DNA of 63,053 nucleotides, counting the filler. It is 3 parts of 3 records of this genome, joined end to end, with 100 filler letters (N's around TTAATTAATTAA, not from the genome) between each part and the next. Parts side by side here need not be neighbours in the genome. Positions count along the whole stretch, not along the records: positions 45,444 to 63,053 come from SRR31156797_4825; 2 more parts are not named here. One strand, written 5' to 3'. A program made the translations under genes and the position numbers. The notes below the pieces were generated by a model that was not told where the DNA came from, did no database searches, and worked only from the letters and a program-made list of their open reading frames with translations. Each line of letters opens with the position of its first letter. Within the stretch, counting starts at the first letter, position 1. Of this stretch, positions 47,194 through 58,055 are shown one piece after another.

Positions 47194-49545
47194 TCATATT
47201 GTGCTGCCTTTCGTCATTGGCCAGGAGGCCGAGAACCATACGGACAGGGGCCGCATGTTCATCGCTGCGCGGTATGTCGGCGTGGCGATGTCATAGGCCG
47301 CCGGGATGCGGAAAAACAGCGCCCGTTTTTCGTAAAGCTGCTCGTAAAGCGCCGTACGCAGTTGATCGGCTTCTGCCATCAACCCCCAGCATTCAAGCTG
47401 CGCCGCGAAACTGAGATTGATGCCGACGATGACTTCCGAGCGTTGGAAGGAGGCCGGAATATCTTCGCTGACCCGCGGAACTTCCCGGCCGTCGGGCATG
47501 GTTACATTGACCGCGCCCATTCCCTGTCCGGCCTGCTTGAAGTTCTGTTCGAATATGGTGGCGAGCGCGATGCGGGCCTTTTCGGGATCGACGACTTCGC
47601 CGAACCCGTATCGCCGGGCCAGGAAGGGACCGAAAAGCTGTTCGACGAAATAGGCTTCGGTCAGGGGGCCGCGCGTATCGAAGCGGAAATGGGTGCCGGT
47701 CCAAAGGGCCTGTTCGTAGGATTTCACACCCTTCGCCGCGGTTGTCCGCCAGGTTTCGGCCTGGGCTTCGTCGCCGGCCGCCTCGGCCACCCGGGCGCCG
47801 GCCAACAACGCCGCCAGCCACAGTCCGCCGCAATAGGCCGACGGGCCCATCATCGGCAGGTTGTCGAAGGTCTGGTCCGGCCAGCCGCCGTGTTCGATCA
47901 GGCCGTCGCCGTCGGCATCGTATTGTTCGAGATGGGAAATCGCCGTTTTGATCTTCCCGTAGTGGCCGGCCGCCCAGGCGTTGCCAAAGACCAATCCGTC
48001 GCGGGCGATCTCGATGACGAAGTGGCAGTTCAGGTCCTTCCACTGGGTGGTGTCCTGCCAGGAAAAGCTGTTGACCGTGTGGAAGGGGTCTTCCTCGGGT
48101 GCGCCCAAATCATGGGGTACGGCGCCGGCCCGCTTGATCGGGAACAGGGTGTTGCTGCGCATGTGCAGGCGCTGGCGCCCGTCTTCCTGATCGATCGTGC
48201 GGCTGAAATCCTCGGCCACGGACCGGGCCAGTTCCGGCCACAGGCGCAGGATGCCCTCGGACGTATAGATCCAAAGATCGAGCGTGTTGTAGTAGGGATA
48301 ATCCGGGCATTCGATAAGGCCAAAATGCCCGGCATCGCCGGTTTTGGGATTGGGCGCGGTCAGCGCCGTCATGCCGTCGACGACGAGAAAAAGCTGGTTG
48401 ATCCGCATGCCGGTCCGAAGGGCGGTATCGCCGGTGTCGGCGATCTCGGCGGCGTGCCAGGCATCGATGGCGTCGGACCAGGTGCCGGCTTTCCGGATTC
48501 CCAGGGCGGCGATGGCTTCGGCCTGCTTGCCGTCGGCGCCCCAGGTATGGGTGTAGTAACGCCGGTCGGTGCGACCGCTGCCGAACCGGATCGTCGGCAA
48601 ATCCCAGGCCAGGGTGAAAACGACTTCCGTGCTTTGCCCGGGTTCCAGCCTGACACGCGCCGCAATGGCGCCGGTCGGAAGCCCGGATTCGGCTTCGGCG
48701 AAACCGGTGTCGGCGACCCACGAACCGAGACCTTCGGGAACGTCGCCGGTTTTGCTAAAAGCCGACCATACCGCGGCACCGTTGCCGAGGCCGTCAAAGG
48801 TCGGGCAGACGGTCAGTTCAGCACCGGGGCCCGCGCGGCCGAGAAGGGCGAACTGGCCGACGCCTTCTGGTGGATCTTGGTCGAAGCGGACGCGGTCGAA
48901 CAGGACGCCGCCGTAGCCGTCACCGGCAATCGCACTGTTGAAATTGCCGGCGTTGCGGCGATACGGCCGCCCGGTTCCCCAGCCGTCGAACCAGCCGGCC
49001 ATGTTGGCCCAATGGGCCATGACCGCGGCCTGAATGGGGGCCGGGCCTGTGTTTTCCAGCCGCCAGCGAAAGACCGCGACGGGCAGCGAAGCGGTTTTAA
49101 GATCGCCGGGAATGACCGGCGAATAACTTTCCTGGACGGCGCGCAAGGGTCCGAATTCGTAGGCGTGCCATGCCTTCGGGAAGGCCGCCGCGTAGGTCCC
49201 GTCGATGCGTTCGCCCAACCAATCGAAGGCCTTCAACTGGTCGGTTTCAGGCGCCGGCTGCAAGGCCAGGGCAGCCGGTTTGCCGTCGTCCTCGGCGAGG
49301 TGAAGGGCGAAGCCGCAGGCCGGTTCGCGGAATAGCTTGACGCTGCCGGTTTTCAGGGACCAGCGATTGAAGCCGCCGCGGCAGGACTGGACGATGCCGC
49401 CGGTGCCGATGCCGCCGATGGGAACGCCGAGGTCGCCGGGGCCGTGCAACTGGCCTTCGACCCTGCCTTCGGCCGGGGGAAGCGGATCGTGCAGGTTCCG
49501 CGCGAATGCGAATTCGGGAGGGTTTGCCATTCGGTCAATTTCCAT
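47194..49545 (-). CDS. GH116 glycosidase (non-lysosomal glucosylceramidase family)
   Basis: GVPIGGIGTG, SLPVAVF, IECPDYPYYNTLD (nucleophile region), PHDLG, WKDLN, PDQTFD (acid/base region); start 49545 or 49530. Confidence 0.9.
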   Translation of the reverse strand: MEIDRMANPPEFAFARNLHDPLPPAEGRVEGQLHGPGDLGVPIGGIGTGGIVQSCRGGFNRWSLKTGSVKLFREPACGFALHLAEDDGKPAALALQPAPETDQLKAFDWLGERIDGTYAAAFPKAWHAYEFGPLRAVQESYSPVIPGDLKTASLPVAVFRWRLENTGPAPIQAAVMAHWANMAGWFDGWGTGRPYRRNAGNFNSAIAGDGYGGVLFDRVRFDQDPPEGVGQFALLGRAGPGAELTVCPTFDGLGNGAAVWSAFSKTGDVPEGLGSWVADTGFAEAESGLPTGAIAARVRLEPGQSTEVVFTLAWDLPTIRFGSGRTDRRYYTHTWGADGKQAEAIAALGIRKAGTWSDAIDAWHAAEIADTGDTALRTGMRINQLFLVVDGMTALTAPNPKTGDAGHFGLIECPDYPYYNTLDLWIYTSEGILRLWPELARSVAEDFSRTIDQEDGRQRLHMRSNTLFPIKRAGAVPHDLGAPEEDPFHTVNSFSWQDTTQWKDLNCHFVIEIARDGLVFGNAWAAGHYGKIKTAISHLEQYDADGDGLIEHGGWPDQTFDNLPMMGPSAYCGGLWLAALLAGARVAEAAGDEAQAETWRTTAAKGVKSYEQALWTGTHFRFDTRGPLTEAYFVEQLFGPFLARRYGFGEVVDPEKARIALATIFEQNFKQAGQGMGAVNVTMPDGREVPRVSEDIPASFQRSEVIVGINLSFAAQLECWGLMAEADQLRTALYEQLYEKRALFFRIPAAYDIATPTYRAAMNMRPLSVWFSASWPMTKGSTI

Positions 49546-50569
49546 CGGATCGGAAACTCAGCGGGAGTTCCCTGTTTTCACGCAACGAGCGTTCGGCTTC
49601 GAGGCAGACGATGATGCGCTTGCGGGCCTCTTCGGCCGAAACGATCGGTTTGCCGTCGCGAAAGGCGACAACCGCCTGACGCAGTTCCTCTTCCAGTTCG
49701 AACAGTTCGCCGGACGGCGGCACGCGAAGGGTTTCGCAAGACTCCTTGCCCTTCGACAAAACCTTGATCTCGAACGCCGGTTCGCGGGTGCGATCCATGG
49801 CCCCGGACCACCAGGTGCGGATCGAACCTTCGGTGCCGACGATTTCCATGACGTGATGATGTTCGAACCCGGCCAGCGACTGCGTGACGACGGCATATAG
49901 CTTGCCGGGCCAGCGCAGAATGGCGGTGAAGTTGTCGCTCATTCCCGGGCCGTCGCCGCGGGAACTGCCGATGGCCTGGACCGAGACCGGATCGCCCGAT
50001 TTTTCGAAATACCACATCAGGGAATCGAAAAAATGGACGGGTTCTTCGAGCGTCCAGGACCCGACCTTGCCGGGGTCGTAGCGCCAATCGCCCGAACCGG
50101 GTCGGTAGGGAAAGCGGAAAAGGCTGACGTTAGCATACAGCGGTTCACCGATGTCGCCTTCGTCGATGATCTCTTTTACACGGCCCCATTGGGTCGACAG
50201 ACGGAATTCGTGACCGACGGTAACGATGCGTTGATTGCGTTTTGCCGCGGCAATGATTTGGTCGCATTCGTCGGCGCTGAGCGCCATCGGTTTTTCCAGC
50301 AGCAGGTGTTTGCCGGCATCCAGCGCCGCCACCGCGACCCGGCAATGCAGATGGTTGGGAACCACCACGTCGACGGCGTCGATGGACGGGTCGGCAAGAA
50401 TTTGGCCGTAGCCGCGGAAAACCGGCACATCCGGAAAATCGGCCCTGGCCGCATTTTCGGATACGTCGTTCCCACAGGCGATCGCCGACAGCTCGGCGCC
50501 CGGCGCCTTGACGATTGATGCCGCATGGTGCTTGCCCCAAAGGCCGTATCCGATCAGACCGAAACGCAT
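49535..50569 (-). CDS. Gfo/Idh/MocA oxidoreductase
   Basis: GYGLWG, PNHLH, LEKPMA, HFFD. Confidence 0.92.
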   Translation of the reverse strand: MRFGLIGYGLWGKHHAASIVKAPGAELSAIACGNDVSENAARADFPDVPVFRGYGQILADPSIDAVDVVVPNHLHCRVAVAALDAGKHLLLEKPMALSADECDQIIAAAKRNQRIVTVGHEFRLSTQWGRVKEIIDEGDIGEPLYANVSLFRFPYRPGSGDWRYDPGKVGSWTLEEPVHFFDSLMWYFEKSGDPVSVQAIGSSRGDGPGMSDNFTAILRWPGKLYAVVTQSLAGFEHHHVMEIVGTEGSIRTWWSGAMDRTREPAFEIKVLSKGKESCETLRVPPSGELFELEEELRQAVVAFRDGKPIVSAEEARKRIIVCLEAERSLRENRELPLSFRSDGN

Positions 50570-50605
50570 TTTTTTCCCCTGTTTCCCTTCGGTTTCTTTT
50601 TTCGT

Positions 50606-51448
50606 TCAACGCAATTGCGGTTGCGGCAACTCGGCGACGTAATCGGCGACGACGAACCGGATGTCGCCGTGGTTCTGCAACAAGGACGCCGGAACCGAAG
50701 CTGATACCGGTCCATGAAGGATTTTGCGCACGATGGCCGATTGCCAGGTCCGGTTCATGTAGATGCGCACCTTGCGGCTGCCCAGGATCTCGCGCATTCC
50801 GACGGTTACGGCGAAACGCGGGATGCCATCGATATTGCCGCGCGACGTCGTGATCGAATTGATCAGGCGGGTTTCGCGCGACAGCTCGACGATCCGGGTC
50901 GGCAGATCGGCGAAGTCTTCCGGCGTAGTCTCTTCGCCCGGCTCCGGTGGATCGTTGAAGGCGACATGGCCGGTGATGCCGATGCCGCCGAAACAGACAT
51001 CGACGCCGCCGAATTTCTCGATCGCGCGCGGCACCGCCTGAAGGTCTCCTGGATCGGGGAAAAAACGTTGGTCGGCGGGCGGCGCCAGCGCCGCGTCGAG
51101 GCGGTCGTAAAACTTCTCGTCCATGTGCCGGCGGAAACTCAGCGGGTCGTCCATCGCAATGAAATCGCGCCCGTCGGGGCCGAGGTATTCGTCCATGTTG
51201 ATGACGACCAGGTCGGAAAGACCGATGCCTTCCGCGTTGCAGCGCTCGGCGATGATTTCGAACTGGCCGACCGGACCGACCGGCAGGATGAACACGACCT
51301 TGTCGCGGCCGGCGCCTTTCGCGCGGGTGTATTCGGCCAGGATATCGTCGGCGAAAACCGCGATCACAGCATTGTCGTCGGCAACGATTTCGACCGGAAT
51401 CTTGGCGTTTTCGGTCAGTCGTTCCTTCGGCACAAATAGGGGATCCAT
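50606..51448 (-). CDS. NagB/glucosamine-6-phosphate isomerase superfamily protein
   Basis: PVGP, NMDEY, GGIGITGHVAFNDP, TVGMREIL, VPASLLQNH. Confidence 0.82.
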   Translation of the reverse strand: MDPLFVPKERLTENAKIPVEIVADDNAVIAVFADDILAEYTRAKGAGRDKVVFILPVGPVGQFEIIAERCNAEGIGLSDLVVINMDEYLGPDGRDFIAMDDPLSFRRHMDEKFYDRLDAALAPPADQRFFPDPGDLQAVPRAIEKFGGVDVCFGGIGITGHVAFNDPPEPGEETTPEDFADLPTRIVELSRETRLINSITTSRGNIDGIPRFAVTVGMREILGSRKVRIYMNRTWQSAIVRKILHGPVSASVPASLLQNHGDIRFVVADYVAELPQPQLR

Positions 51449-51679
51449 GATCGCCTCAAATGACTTTTTCGCCGGCCCAGTCGTTTGGGTGCTTCTGGCA
51501 AATAGAGACGATCTTCGGGGTTTTATTGCCCCAGATCATGCCGCCGATCGAATGGTTTGTCCGGAATTCGCAGTTATTCGGTTTCTGCGGATTTTTTGAC
51601 GGACGCTCCCTGGCACATCACCATTTCCCAATACCCTGTTATCAAAATTGTACGTAAATGATAAAAAATAGGCAATGAA

Positions 51680-51697
51680 ATTTTCATAAGTGAACAT
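51680..51697. promoter_or_regulatory. GlpR-like operator variant upstream of the sugar operon
   Basis: ATTTTCA-TAAG-TGAACAT, same geometry as the boxes at 55147 and 59493. Confidence 0.5.
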
Positions 51698-51793
51698 TTT
51701 AACGTCAAAAACCGGCCCCGATGCTGATCGGGCGGCAAAAAACCGTTCGGAATCGGTGGGTTAGCCGGCTGTGAAAGAACGCCGAAAAGGCGG

Positions 51794-52576
51794 CTAGGCC
51801 AGTTGAATGGCCGGTGTTTCGCAGATCGCCAGGTCGATTTCGTGCTCGTCGAGCAAAGATCGGATTCGCGGCGGCGGCGCCCGGTCGGTGAAAACCGCCG
51901 AGAGGTCGGTCAGGCTGCCCTGGCGGACGACGGCGGTGCGATCAAATTTCGAATGATCCGCCGCCAACAGGACCTTGCGGGCGTTTTTCATCATCGCCTG
52001 TGAAACCGCGACCTCGTCGGCGTAGAAATCCAGTAGGGTTCCGTCGGCTTCGACGGCGCCGGTGCCGATGATCGCAAAATCGACCCGGTACTGGGAAATC
52101 GCCTCGATCGCGGCGGCGCCGACAATGCCGCCGTTGTGGGCACGCACGGTTCCGGCGACGATCGAGACCGAAAAATCGGTTTGCGGATGAAGGGCGACGG
52201 CGGCATGCAGGTTGTTGGTGATGATCCGCAGGTTGCGACGTTTCAGCATCGCCCTGGCGACCATTTCCATGGTCGTGCCGATCGTCATGAAGATGGTGGC
52301 GCCGTCGGGGATGAAGTCGGCGATGGCGCCGGCGATGGCTTCCTTTTCGGCCAACTGCGAAATCCGTCTTGCCGCGAAATCGGCGTTGACGATGCTGGAC
52401 GGCAAACCGGCGCCGCCATGGTGGCGGACCAGAAGGTTCGAGTCGCACAGGCTTTTTATGTCGCGCCGTATGGTTTGCGAGGTGACGCTGAATTGCACGG
52501 CCAGGGCCTCGATGGAAACGAAGCCACGCCTGCGCACCAACTCGAAGATGGCGTCCCGACGTTCCCGTCCCTTCAT
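51794..52576 (-). CDS. DeoR/GlpR-family regulator
   Basis: VTSQTIRRD, RHHGGA, IGTT, ITNN, ADHSKF. Confidence 0.92.
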   Translation of the reverse strand: MKGRERRDAIFELVRRRGFVSIEALAVQFSVTSQTIRRDIKSLCDSNLLVRHHGGAGLPSSIVNADFAARRISQLAEKEAIAGAIADFIPDGATIFMTIGTTMEMVARAMLKRRNLRIITNNLHAAVALHPQTDFSVSIVAGTVRAHNGGIVGAAAIEAISQYRVDFAIIGTGAVEADGTLLDFYADEVAVSQAMMKNARKVLLAADHSKFDRTAVVRQGSLTDLSAVFTDRAPPPRIRSLLDEHEIDLAICETPAIQLA

Positions 52577-52741
52577 ACCGATTCACCTGCTGGAGCGACG
52601 CCCTTGCGGTCGCCGCGACGTGTACGATCAAAAGCGGGCAAACCTATAATTTTCAAACTGTTTCGTCAAAATCTGTTGCCCGGGCGGATCCGAGTGCCGA
52701 GGATACGGAATTATTTCCGGCCGGATTTCAAGGAGCATGAT

Positions 52742-53491
52742 ATGGCCGACACGCGGCAGATCGTTTCCGGGGTTGCATCCGTCATCGCCCATCGCGGGGC
52801 CAGCGGTTCGGCGCCCGAAAATACCCTGGTCGCCCTGCACAAGGCGGCCGAACTGGGTGCCCGGTGGGTCGAATTCGACGTCATGCTGTGCGCCGACGGT
52901 ATCCCCGTCCTGATCCACGACGACGACCTTTCGCGAACCACCGACGGCGCCGGGCCGGTCGCCGAAACATCCTGGGCGTCGCTGCAAAAACTGGATGCCG
53001 GGCGTTGGTTCGATACGCGTTTTGCCAGCGAACGCATTCCGTCATTCAAACAAGCCATTGCGGTTCTGGCCGAACTCGGTCTCGGCGCCAATATCGAAAT
53101 CAAGCCGGCGCCGGGACAGGACGAGGAAACGGCGCGCGTCGCCCTGGCCGCGATTGCCGAACAATGGCCGGCGTCCTTGCCGGTGCCGCTTGTTTCAAGC
53201 TTCAGTGTCGAATCGCTGGCGATTGCCCGGGACATGGCGCCGGATATTCCGCAGGCGCTTCTGGTTTCGCGCCTGCCTTCTGATTGGCGGCAGCAGACCG
53301 AAACCCTGAAATGCGGGGCCCTGCACGTCAATCATCGTCACCTGAAGGAGACGCAGGCGAAAACCGTTCTTGCCGCCGGCTTCGCCTTGCGCTGTTACAC
53401 CGTCAACGAAGCGTCCCGCGCGAACGAGCTTTTCGGGTGGGGCGTCGATGGCGTCATATCCGATTTTCCGGAGCGTATGCCGCGGCGGTGA
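52742..53491 (+). CDS. ugpQ: Glycerophosphodiester phosphodiesterase
   Basis: AAGGAG RBS; IAHRGASGSAPENTL, VEFDV, HDD.L.RTT, NIEIKP, YTVN, ISDFP. Confidence 0.9.
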   Translation: MADTRQIVSGVASVIAHRGASGSAPENTLVALHKAAELGARWVEFDVMLCADGIPVLIHDDDLSRTTDGAGPVAETSWASLQKLDAGRWFDTRFASERIPSFKQAIAVLAELGLGANIEIKPAPGQDEETARVALAAIAEQWPASLPVPLVSSFSVESLAIARDMAPDIPQALLVSRLPSDWRQQTETLKCGALHVNHRHLKETQAKTVLAAGFALRCYTVNEASRANELFGWGVDGVISDFPERMPRR

Positions 53492-53494
53492 CGG

Positions 53495-55030
53495 TCAGCT
53501 CACGGAAAGGTGGACTGCCGCTGGAGAAACCCCGGCCGCGGCGATGTGCTCGGCGACGGTATCGCGGGCCGTCTGATCCAGATGCAGGCCGCATTTGGTC
53601 CGACGCCACAAAACATCCTCGGCGTCGACGGCCCATTCCTCGGCGATCAAGAAATCGACTTCGCGGGCACACAGGCCGGCCCCAAAGTTCGTGCCGAGAT
53701 CGGCCAAGGTTTTTGCGTCGCCGAGAACGTCATAGGTGCGGGTGCCATGCCGCCGCGCCATGCGCGAGATCATCGTCGTATCCAGGGCCGGATAGGCTTG
53801 GTTCAGGTCGGTCAGCAAATGCGTGAAGCTGCCGCCCGGCAGATCGCCGCCCGGAAGCGGCGCCGACCAGGTCCATGGGGTGTCCATGGCCGGAAAGAAC
53901 CGCCGGATCTTGTCCATGACCTGTTCGGCGAGGCAGCGATAGGTGGTGATCTTGCCGCCGAAAACGGACAGCAGCGGCGCCTCGTTTTCGGGTGCATCCA
54001 ATTCCAGCACATATTCGCGGGTAACCGCCGAGGGGTTGTCCGAGGCATCGTCGTAAAGCGGCCGCACGCCGGAATAGGCCCAAACGACGTCGGCCGCGGA
54101 AATCGACTTACGGAAATAGCGGTTCACCGATTGGCAAAGGTAATCGACCTCGCCTGCCGATATTTCGACCGTGGCCGGATCGTCGGCAAAGGGGATGTCG
54201 GTGGTGCCGATCAGCGAAAATTCGCCTTCGTAGGGAAGCACGAAAATGATCCGTTTGTCGGTGTTTTGCAGGATATAGGCCTGGTTGCCATCGTACAGCT
54301 TCGGCACCACGAAGTGACTGCCCTTGACCAGCCGCACTTTCGATTTCGACGTCGATGGGACGACCGTATCCAAGACCTTCCGCACCCACGGGCCGGCGGC
54401 GTTGATCAGGACCCGGGCGCGCACGGTTTCGGTCTCGTCGGAGGTCCGGTCGCGGATGTCGGCTTCCCACAGACCATCGACCCGGCGGGTTTTTCCGACC
54501 CGTGTGCGGGTCCGGATGTCGGCACCGTTGGTACGCGCGCTGATCGCGTTCAGGGCGACCAGCCGGGCGTCGTCGGTCCAGCAGTCGGAATATTCGAAAC
54601 CCCGGCGGATTCCGTCGAGCAGCGGTTTCCCGGCCGGATGTGCCCGCAGGTCCAATCCTTCCGAATCGGGAAGCTGCTGATTGCGACCGAGATAGTCGTA
54701 AAGGAAAAGTCCGGTCCGTATGAGCCAGGCCGGGCGCGTGGCGTTTTCATGCGGCAGGACGAACCGCATCGGCCAGATGATGTGGGGCGCCTTTTTCAGC
54801 ATCACCTCGCGTTCCAGCAGCGCTTCGCGGACAAGCCGGAACTCGCCGTACTCGAGATAGCGCAGGCCGCCGTGGATCAGCTTGCTGCTGGCCGACGAGG
54901 TGGCGCTGGCCAGATCCTTCTGTTCGCACAGCAGGACCGAAAGTCCCCGCCCGGCAGCATCGCAGGCAATGCCGGCGCCGTTGATGCCACCGCCGATAAT
55001 CAGCAGATCAAATACGTCGCTTGTGCTCAT
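53495..55030 (-). CDS. glpD: Aerobic glycerol-3-phosphate dehydrogenase
   Basis: GGGINGAGIA, SSKLIHGGLRYLE, DDARL, GVRPL, GGKITTYR, LWRRTK. Confidence 0.95.
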   Translation of the reverse strand: MSTSDVFDLLIIGGGINGAGIACDAAGRGLSVLLCEQKDLASATSSASSKLIHGGLRYLEYGEFRLVREALLEREVMLKKAPHIIWPMRFVLPHENATRPAWLIRTGLFLYDYLGRNQQLPDSEGLDLRAHPAGKPLLDGIRRGFEYSDCWTDDARLVALNAISARTNGADIRTRTRVGKTRRVDGLWEADIRDRTSDETETVRARVLINAAGPWVRKVLDTVVPSTSKSKVRLVKGSHFVVPKLYDGNQAYILQNTDKRIIFVLPYEGEFSLIGTTDIPFADDPATVEISAGEVDYLCQSVNRYFRKSISAADVVWAYSGVRPLYDDASDNPSAVTREYVLELDAPENEAPLLSVFGGKITTYRCLAEQVMDKIRRFFPAMDTPWTWSAPLPGGDLPGGSFTHLLTDLNQAYPALDTTMISRMARRHGTRTYDVLGDAKTLADLGTNFGAGLCAREVDFLIAEEWAVDAEDVLWRRTKCGLHLDQTARDTVAEHIAAAGVSPAAVHLSVS

Positions 55031-55146
55031 TTTTTTTGCCGTATCACCGAGGATTTTGTTGCCTTGCCGCCACGCACCGTCCGGAAAACCAACCGTCCGA
55101 CGGCACCTTTATTTATGGGACCGAACGGCATCCAATTCCAACTAGA

Positions 55147-55164
55147 ATTTTCGAAAAAGAAAAT
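55147..55164. promoter_or_regulatory. GlpR operator candidate
   Basis: ATTTTCG-AAAA-AGAAAAT between the divergent G3P dehydrogenase genes. Confidence 0.55.
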
Positions 55165-55337
55165 ATATGATCGTTTTCGCGCATTTCAAATCCGGCTCCC
55201 AACCGGTGTTTTTTTTCGTTGGGGACGGCTGCTTCGGCTAAGCCTCTAGGCTCTCGGGTTGCCGCAGGCGGGCGGAAAGGCGCTGCATAAAAACGAACAT
55301 CGATCCAAGAAGCGTCGAGGGATTCCCGGTTTTTGGC

Positions 55338-56774
55338 ATGGTTTACGACGTAACGATCATCGGCGGTGGAGTCATCGGCTGTGCCCTGGCGCGGGAATTG
55401 GCGCGATACCGGCTGAACGTCGTCCTCGTCGAGAAGGAATGCGAAGTCGGTTTCGGCACCAGTAAATCGAACAGCGGCATCATCCATGCCGGCCACCACA
55501 GTTCGGTCGGATCGCTGAAGGGCGGTCTTGAATGGGACGGCAACCAACGATGGGACGAATTGTGCCGGGAACTGGGGTTCGGATTCGAACGCATCGGTGA
55601 ATTGACCGTCGCTTTTTCGGAAGACCAGTACGCCACCCTCGAGAAACTGCTGGCGCAGGGCCAGGCCAAGGGCGTGCCCGGCCTCGAGATCTGGGAGGCC
55701 GACCGGCTCCGGGCCGAGGAACCAGCCCTGGACGAAGGCGTTTACGCGGCGTTGCACGCGCCGAGCGCCGGCGTCGTCAATCCCTACGAGGCCTGTTTTG
55801 CCCTGGTTGAAAGCGCCCGGACCAACGGCGTCGAAATGCGGGTCGATTTTCCGGTCGAGAGCCTTGAGGCCACCGAGCAGGGCTGGATCGTCAAGGGCCG
55901 GGACGCGCAGATCGCGACCCGCTTCGTCATCAACGCGGCCGGCATTTTTTCCGACTGGGTGGCGGAAATGGCCGGGGTCGGGGATTTCCGCATCCATCCA
56001 CGCAAGGGCGAGGAATACCTGCTCGACAAGCGGCTGAAAGGCTATGTCAAACGCATCATCTTCCCGGTGCCGACGCCGACGTCGAAGGGTATCCTCGTCA
56101 TCCCGACGTTCGACGGCACCCTGATGGTCGGCCCGACCGCGCACGAGACCGAGGACCGCACAGACATTACGACGACGATGGCCGGTTCCGACGAGGTGTT
56201 CAACAATGTGCGCCGCGTCGTGCCAGGCATCAGCGAACGCGACTGCATCGCCGAATTCGCCGGCCTGCGGGCGGCCGCCGACGGCGAGGACTTCATCATC
56301 GGTCCGACCAAGGCGAAGGGCTTCATCAACGTTGCCGGCATCCAGTCGCCGGGATTGACGGCGGCGCCGGCGATCGCGGTCATGGTCGCCGACATCCTGC
56401 GCGACGAAGGGCTTCGGCTGGATGAGAAGGACGATTTTGTCGGTGCGATCCCGCCGCAGGTCCGTTTTTCCGCCCTGTCGGCGGAAGAGCAGATCCGGCT
56501 GGCCAGCGAGGACAAGCGCTACGGCCATATCGTTTGCCGGTGCGAACACGTCAGCGAGAAGGAGACGCTCGACGCCATTCATCGCGGCGCCAAAACCCTG
56601 GACGGAATCAAATTCCGTACCCGGGCCGGCATGGGGCGCTGCCAGGGCGGTTTCTGCACCTGGCGCTGCATGGAGCTTCTGTCACAGGAGCTCGGTTTGC
56701 CGATGACCGAAATCACCAAACGCGGTGGCGGATCGTGGATTCTGCGGCCGCGTGAGGACGGGGACCGGCCATGA
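55338..56774 (+). CDS. GlpA-like FAD oxidoreductase with BFD-like [2Fe-2S] domain
   Basis: [35 protein letters not shown]...[12 protein letters not shown]. Confidence 0.88.
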   Translation: MVYDVTIIGGGVIGCALARELARYRLNVVLVEKECEVGFGTSKSNSGIIHAGHHSSVGSLKGGLEWDGNQRWDELCRELGFGFERIGELTVAFSEDQYATLEKLLAQGQAKGVPGLEIWEADRLRAEEPALDEGVYAALHAPSAGVVNPYEACFALVESARTNGVEMRVDFPVESLEATEQGWIVKGRDAQIATRFVINAAGIFSDWVAEMAGVGDFRIHPRKGEEYLLDKRLKGYVKRIIFPVPTPTSKGILVIPTFDGTLMVGPTAHETEDRTDITTTMAGSDEVFNNVRRVVPGISERDCIAEFAGLRAAADGEDFIIGPTKAKGFINVAGIQSPGLTAAPAIAVMVADILRDEGLRLDEKDDFVGAIPPQVRFSALSAEEQIRLASEDKRYGHIVCRCEHVSEKETLDAIHRGAKTLDGIKFRTRAGMGRCQGGFCTWRCMELLSQELGLPMTEITKRGGGSWILRPREDGDRP

Positions 56775-58036
56775 TCACGCCCACCCCGCGTCATATCGAA
56801 ACGGCTTACGACGTCGTGATCGCCGGCGGCGGACCGGCCGGATTGGCCGCCGCCCTGGGCGCCCGCGAAAAGGGTGCGGAAAAGATCCTGATCGTCGATC
56901 GCGAGAAGGAAGCCGGCGGCATCCTGTGGCAATGCATCCATTCGGGTTTCGGGCTGCATCATTTCAAGGAGGAACTGACCGGCCCCGAATACGCCCAGCG
57001 TTATCTGGAAGACGTTCTGGAATCGGGCATCGACGTTCTGACCGATACCTTCGTCGCCGATATCGACCGCGAAAAGCGCCTGAAGCTGATGACCGGCCAC
57101 GATGGAATCAAGGTGATCGAGGGTAAGTCGGTGATCCTGTCGATGGGGGCGCGTGAACGCACGCGCGGCGCCATCCGCATCCCCGGCAGCCGGCCGTCCG
57201 GCGTCATGACCGCCGGCCTGGCCCAGAAGGTGGTCAACATGCACGGCTATTTGCCGGGCAGGCGGGTCGTCATCCTGGGCTCCGGCGACATCGGCCTGAT
57301 CATGGCCCGTCGCCTGACCCTGGAAGGGGTCGAGGTGGCCGGCGTTTTCGAGATCATGCCGCATGCCAACGGGCTGAGCCGCAACATCGTGCAATGCCTG
57401 CACGATTTCGACATCCCGCTGCATCTGTCGACGACGGTGGCCCAAATCCACGGCCGGGAACGGTTGGAGAAAGTGACGGTGGCGCCGGTCGACGCGCAGT
57501 TCCGCCCGATGCTCGACAAGGGTTGGGACATCGACTGCGACACCATGCTGCTGTCCATCGGGCTGATCCCCGAGAACGAGTTGTCGCGGCAGCTCAATCT
57601 GCGGTTCGATCCGGTCACCAGCGGACCGGTCGTCAACAGCGGCATGGAAACGTCGATGGACGGCGTGTTCGCCGGCGGCAATGTCGTGCACATCCACGAC
57701 CTGGTCGACTTCGTCAGCCAGGAATCGCTGATGGCCGGCCGCAACGCGGGTCTCTACGTCACCGGCGAACGGCCGCCGGCCGATAACATCCGCTTGTCGC
57801 CGGGCGAAAACGTGACCTATTGCGTGCCCCACACGATTTCGACGGATCGGCCGCACACGGTCTATTTCCGGGTCCGCAAACCGATGGAAAAATGTTCGAT
57901 CCGCTTCGGCGACGTCCTGGAAAAGAAGCTGAGCTATGTTTTTCCGGCCGAGATGGTGACCCTGAACGTCAAACCGAAATTCCTTGAGAACTTCCACGGC
58001 GACGCGCTCAGTATCGACGTCGTTGCCCGTGATTGA
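56771..58036 (+). CDS. NAD(P)/FAD-dependent oxidoreductase subunit
   Basis: [44 protein letters not shown]. Confidence 0.88.
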   Translation: MITPTPRHIETAYDVVIAGGGPAGLAAALGAREKGAEKILIVDREKEAGGILWQCIHSGFGLHHFKEELTGPEYAQRYLEDVLESGIDVLTDTFVADIDREKRLKLMTGHDGIKVIEGKSVILSMGARERTRGAIRIPGSRPSGVMTAGLAQKVVNMHGYLPGRRVVILGSGDIGLIMARRLTLEGVEVAGVFEIMPHANGLSRNIVQCLHDFDIPLHLSTTVAQIHGRERLEKVTVAPVDAQFRPMLDKGWDIDCDTMLLSIGLIPENELSRQLNLRFDPVTSGPVVNSGMETSMDGVFAGGNVVHIHDLVDFVSQESLMAGRNAGLYVTGERPPADNIRLSPGENVTYCVPHTISTDRPHTVYFRVRKPMEKCSIRFGDVLEKKLSYVFPAEMVTLNVKPKFLENFHGDALSIDVVARD

Positions 58037-58055
58037 GTGCGAGGACCGAAGCCCG

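Noticed and set aside
47191-49335. 714-aa plus-strand ORF and similar long ORFs at 53510-55249, 55113-56582, 56579-58069, 61257-62618
   Set aside because: Antisense shadows of well-supported genes, expected from high-GC codon bias; no domains recognised.
52136-52741. N-terminal extension of UgpQ suggesting a fusion
   Set aside because: Overlaps the DeoR gene antisense; a good RBS and ATG lie at 52742.
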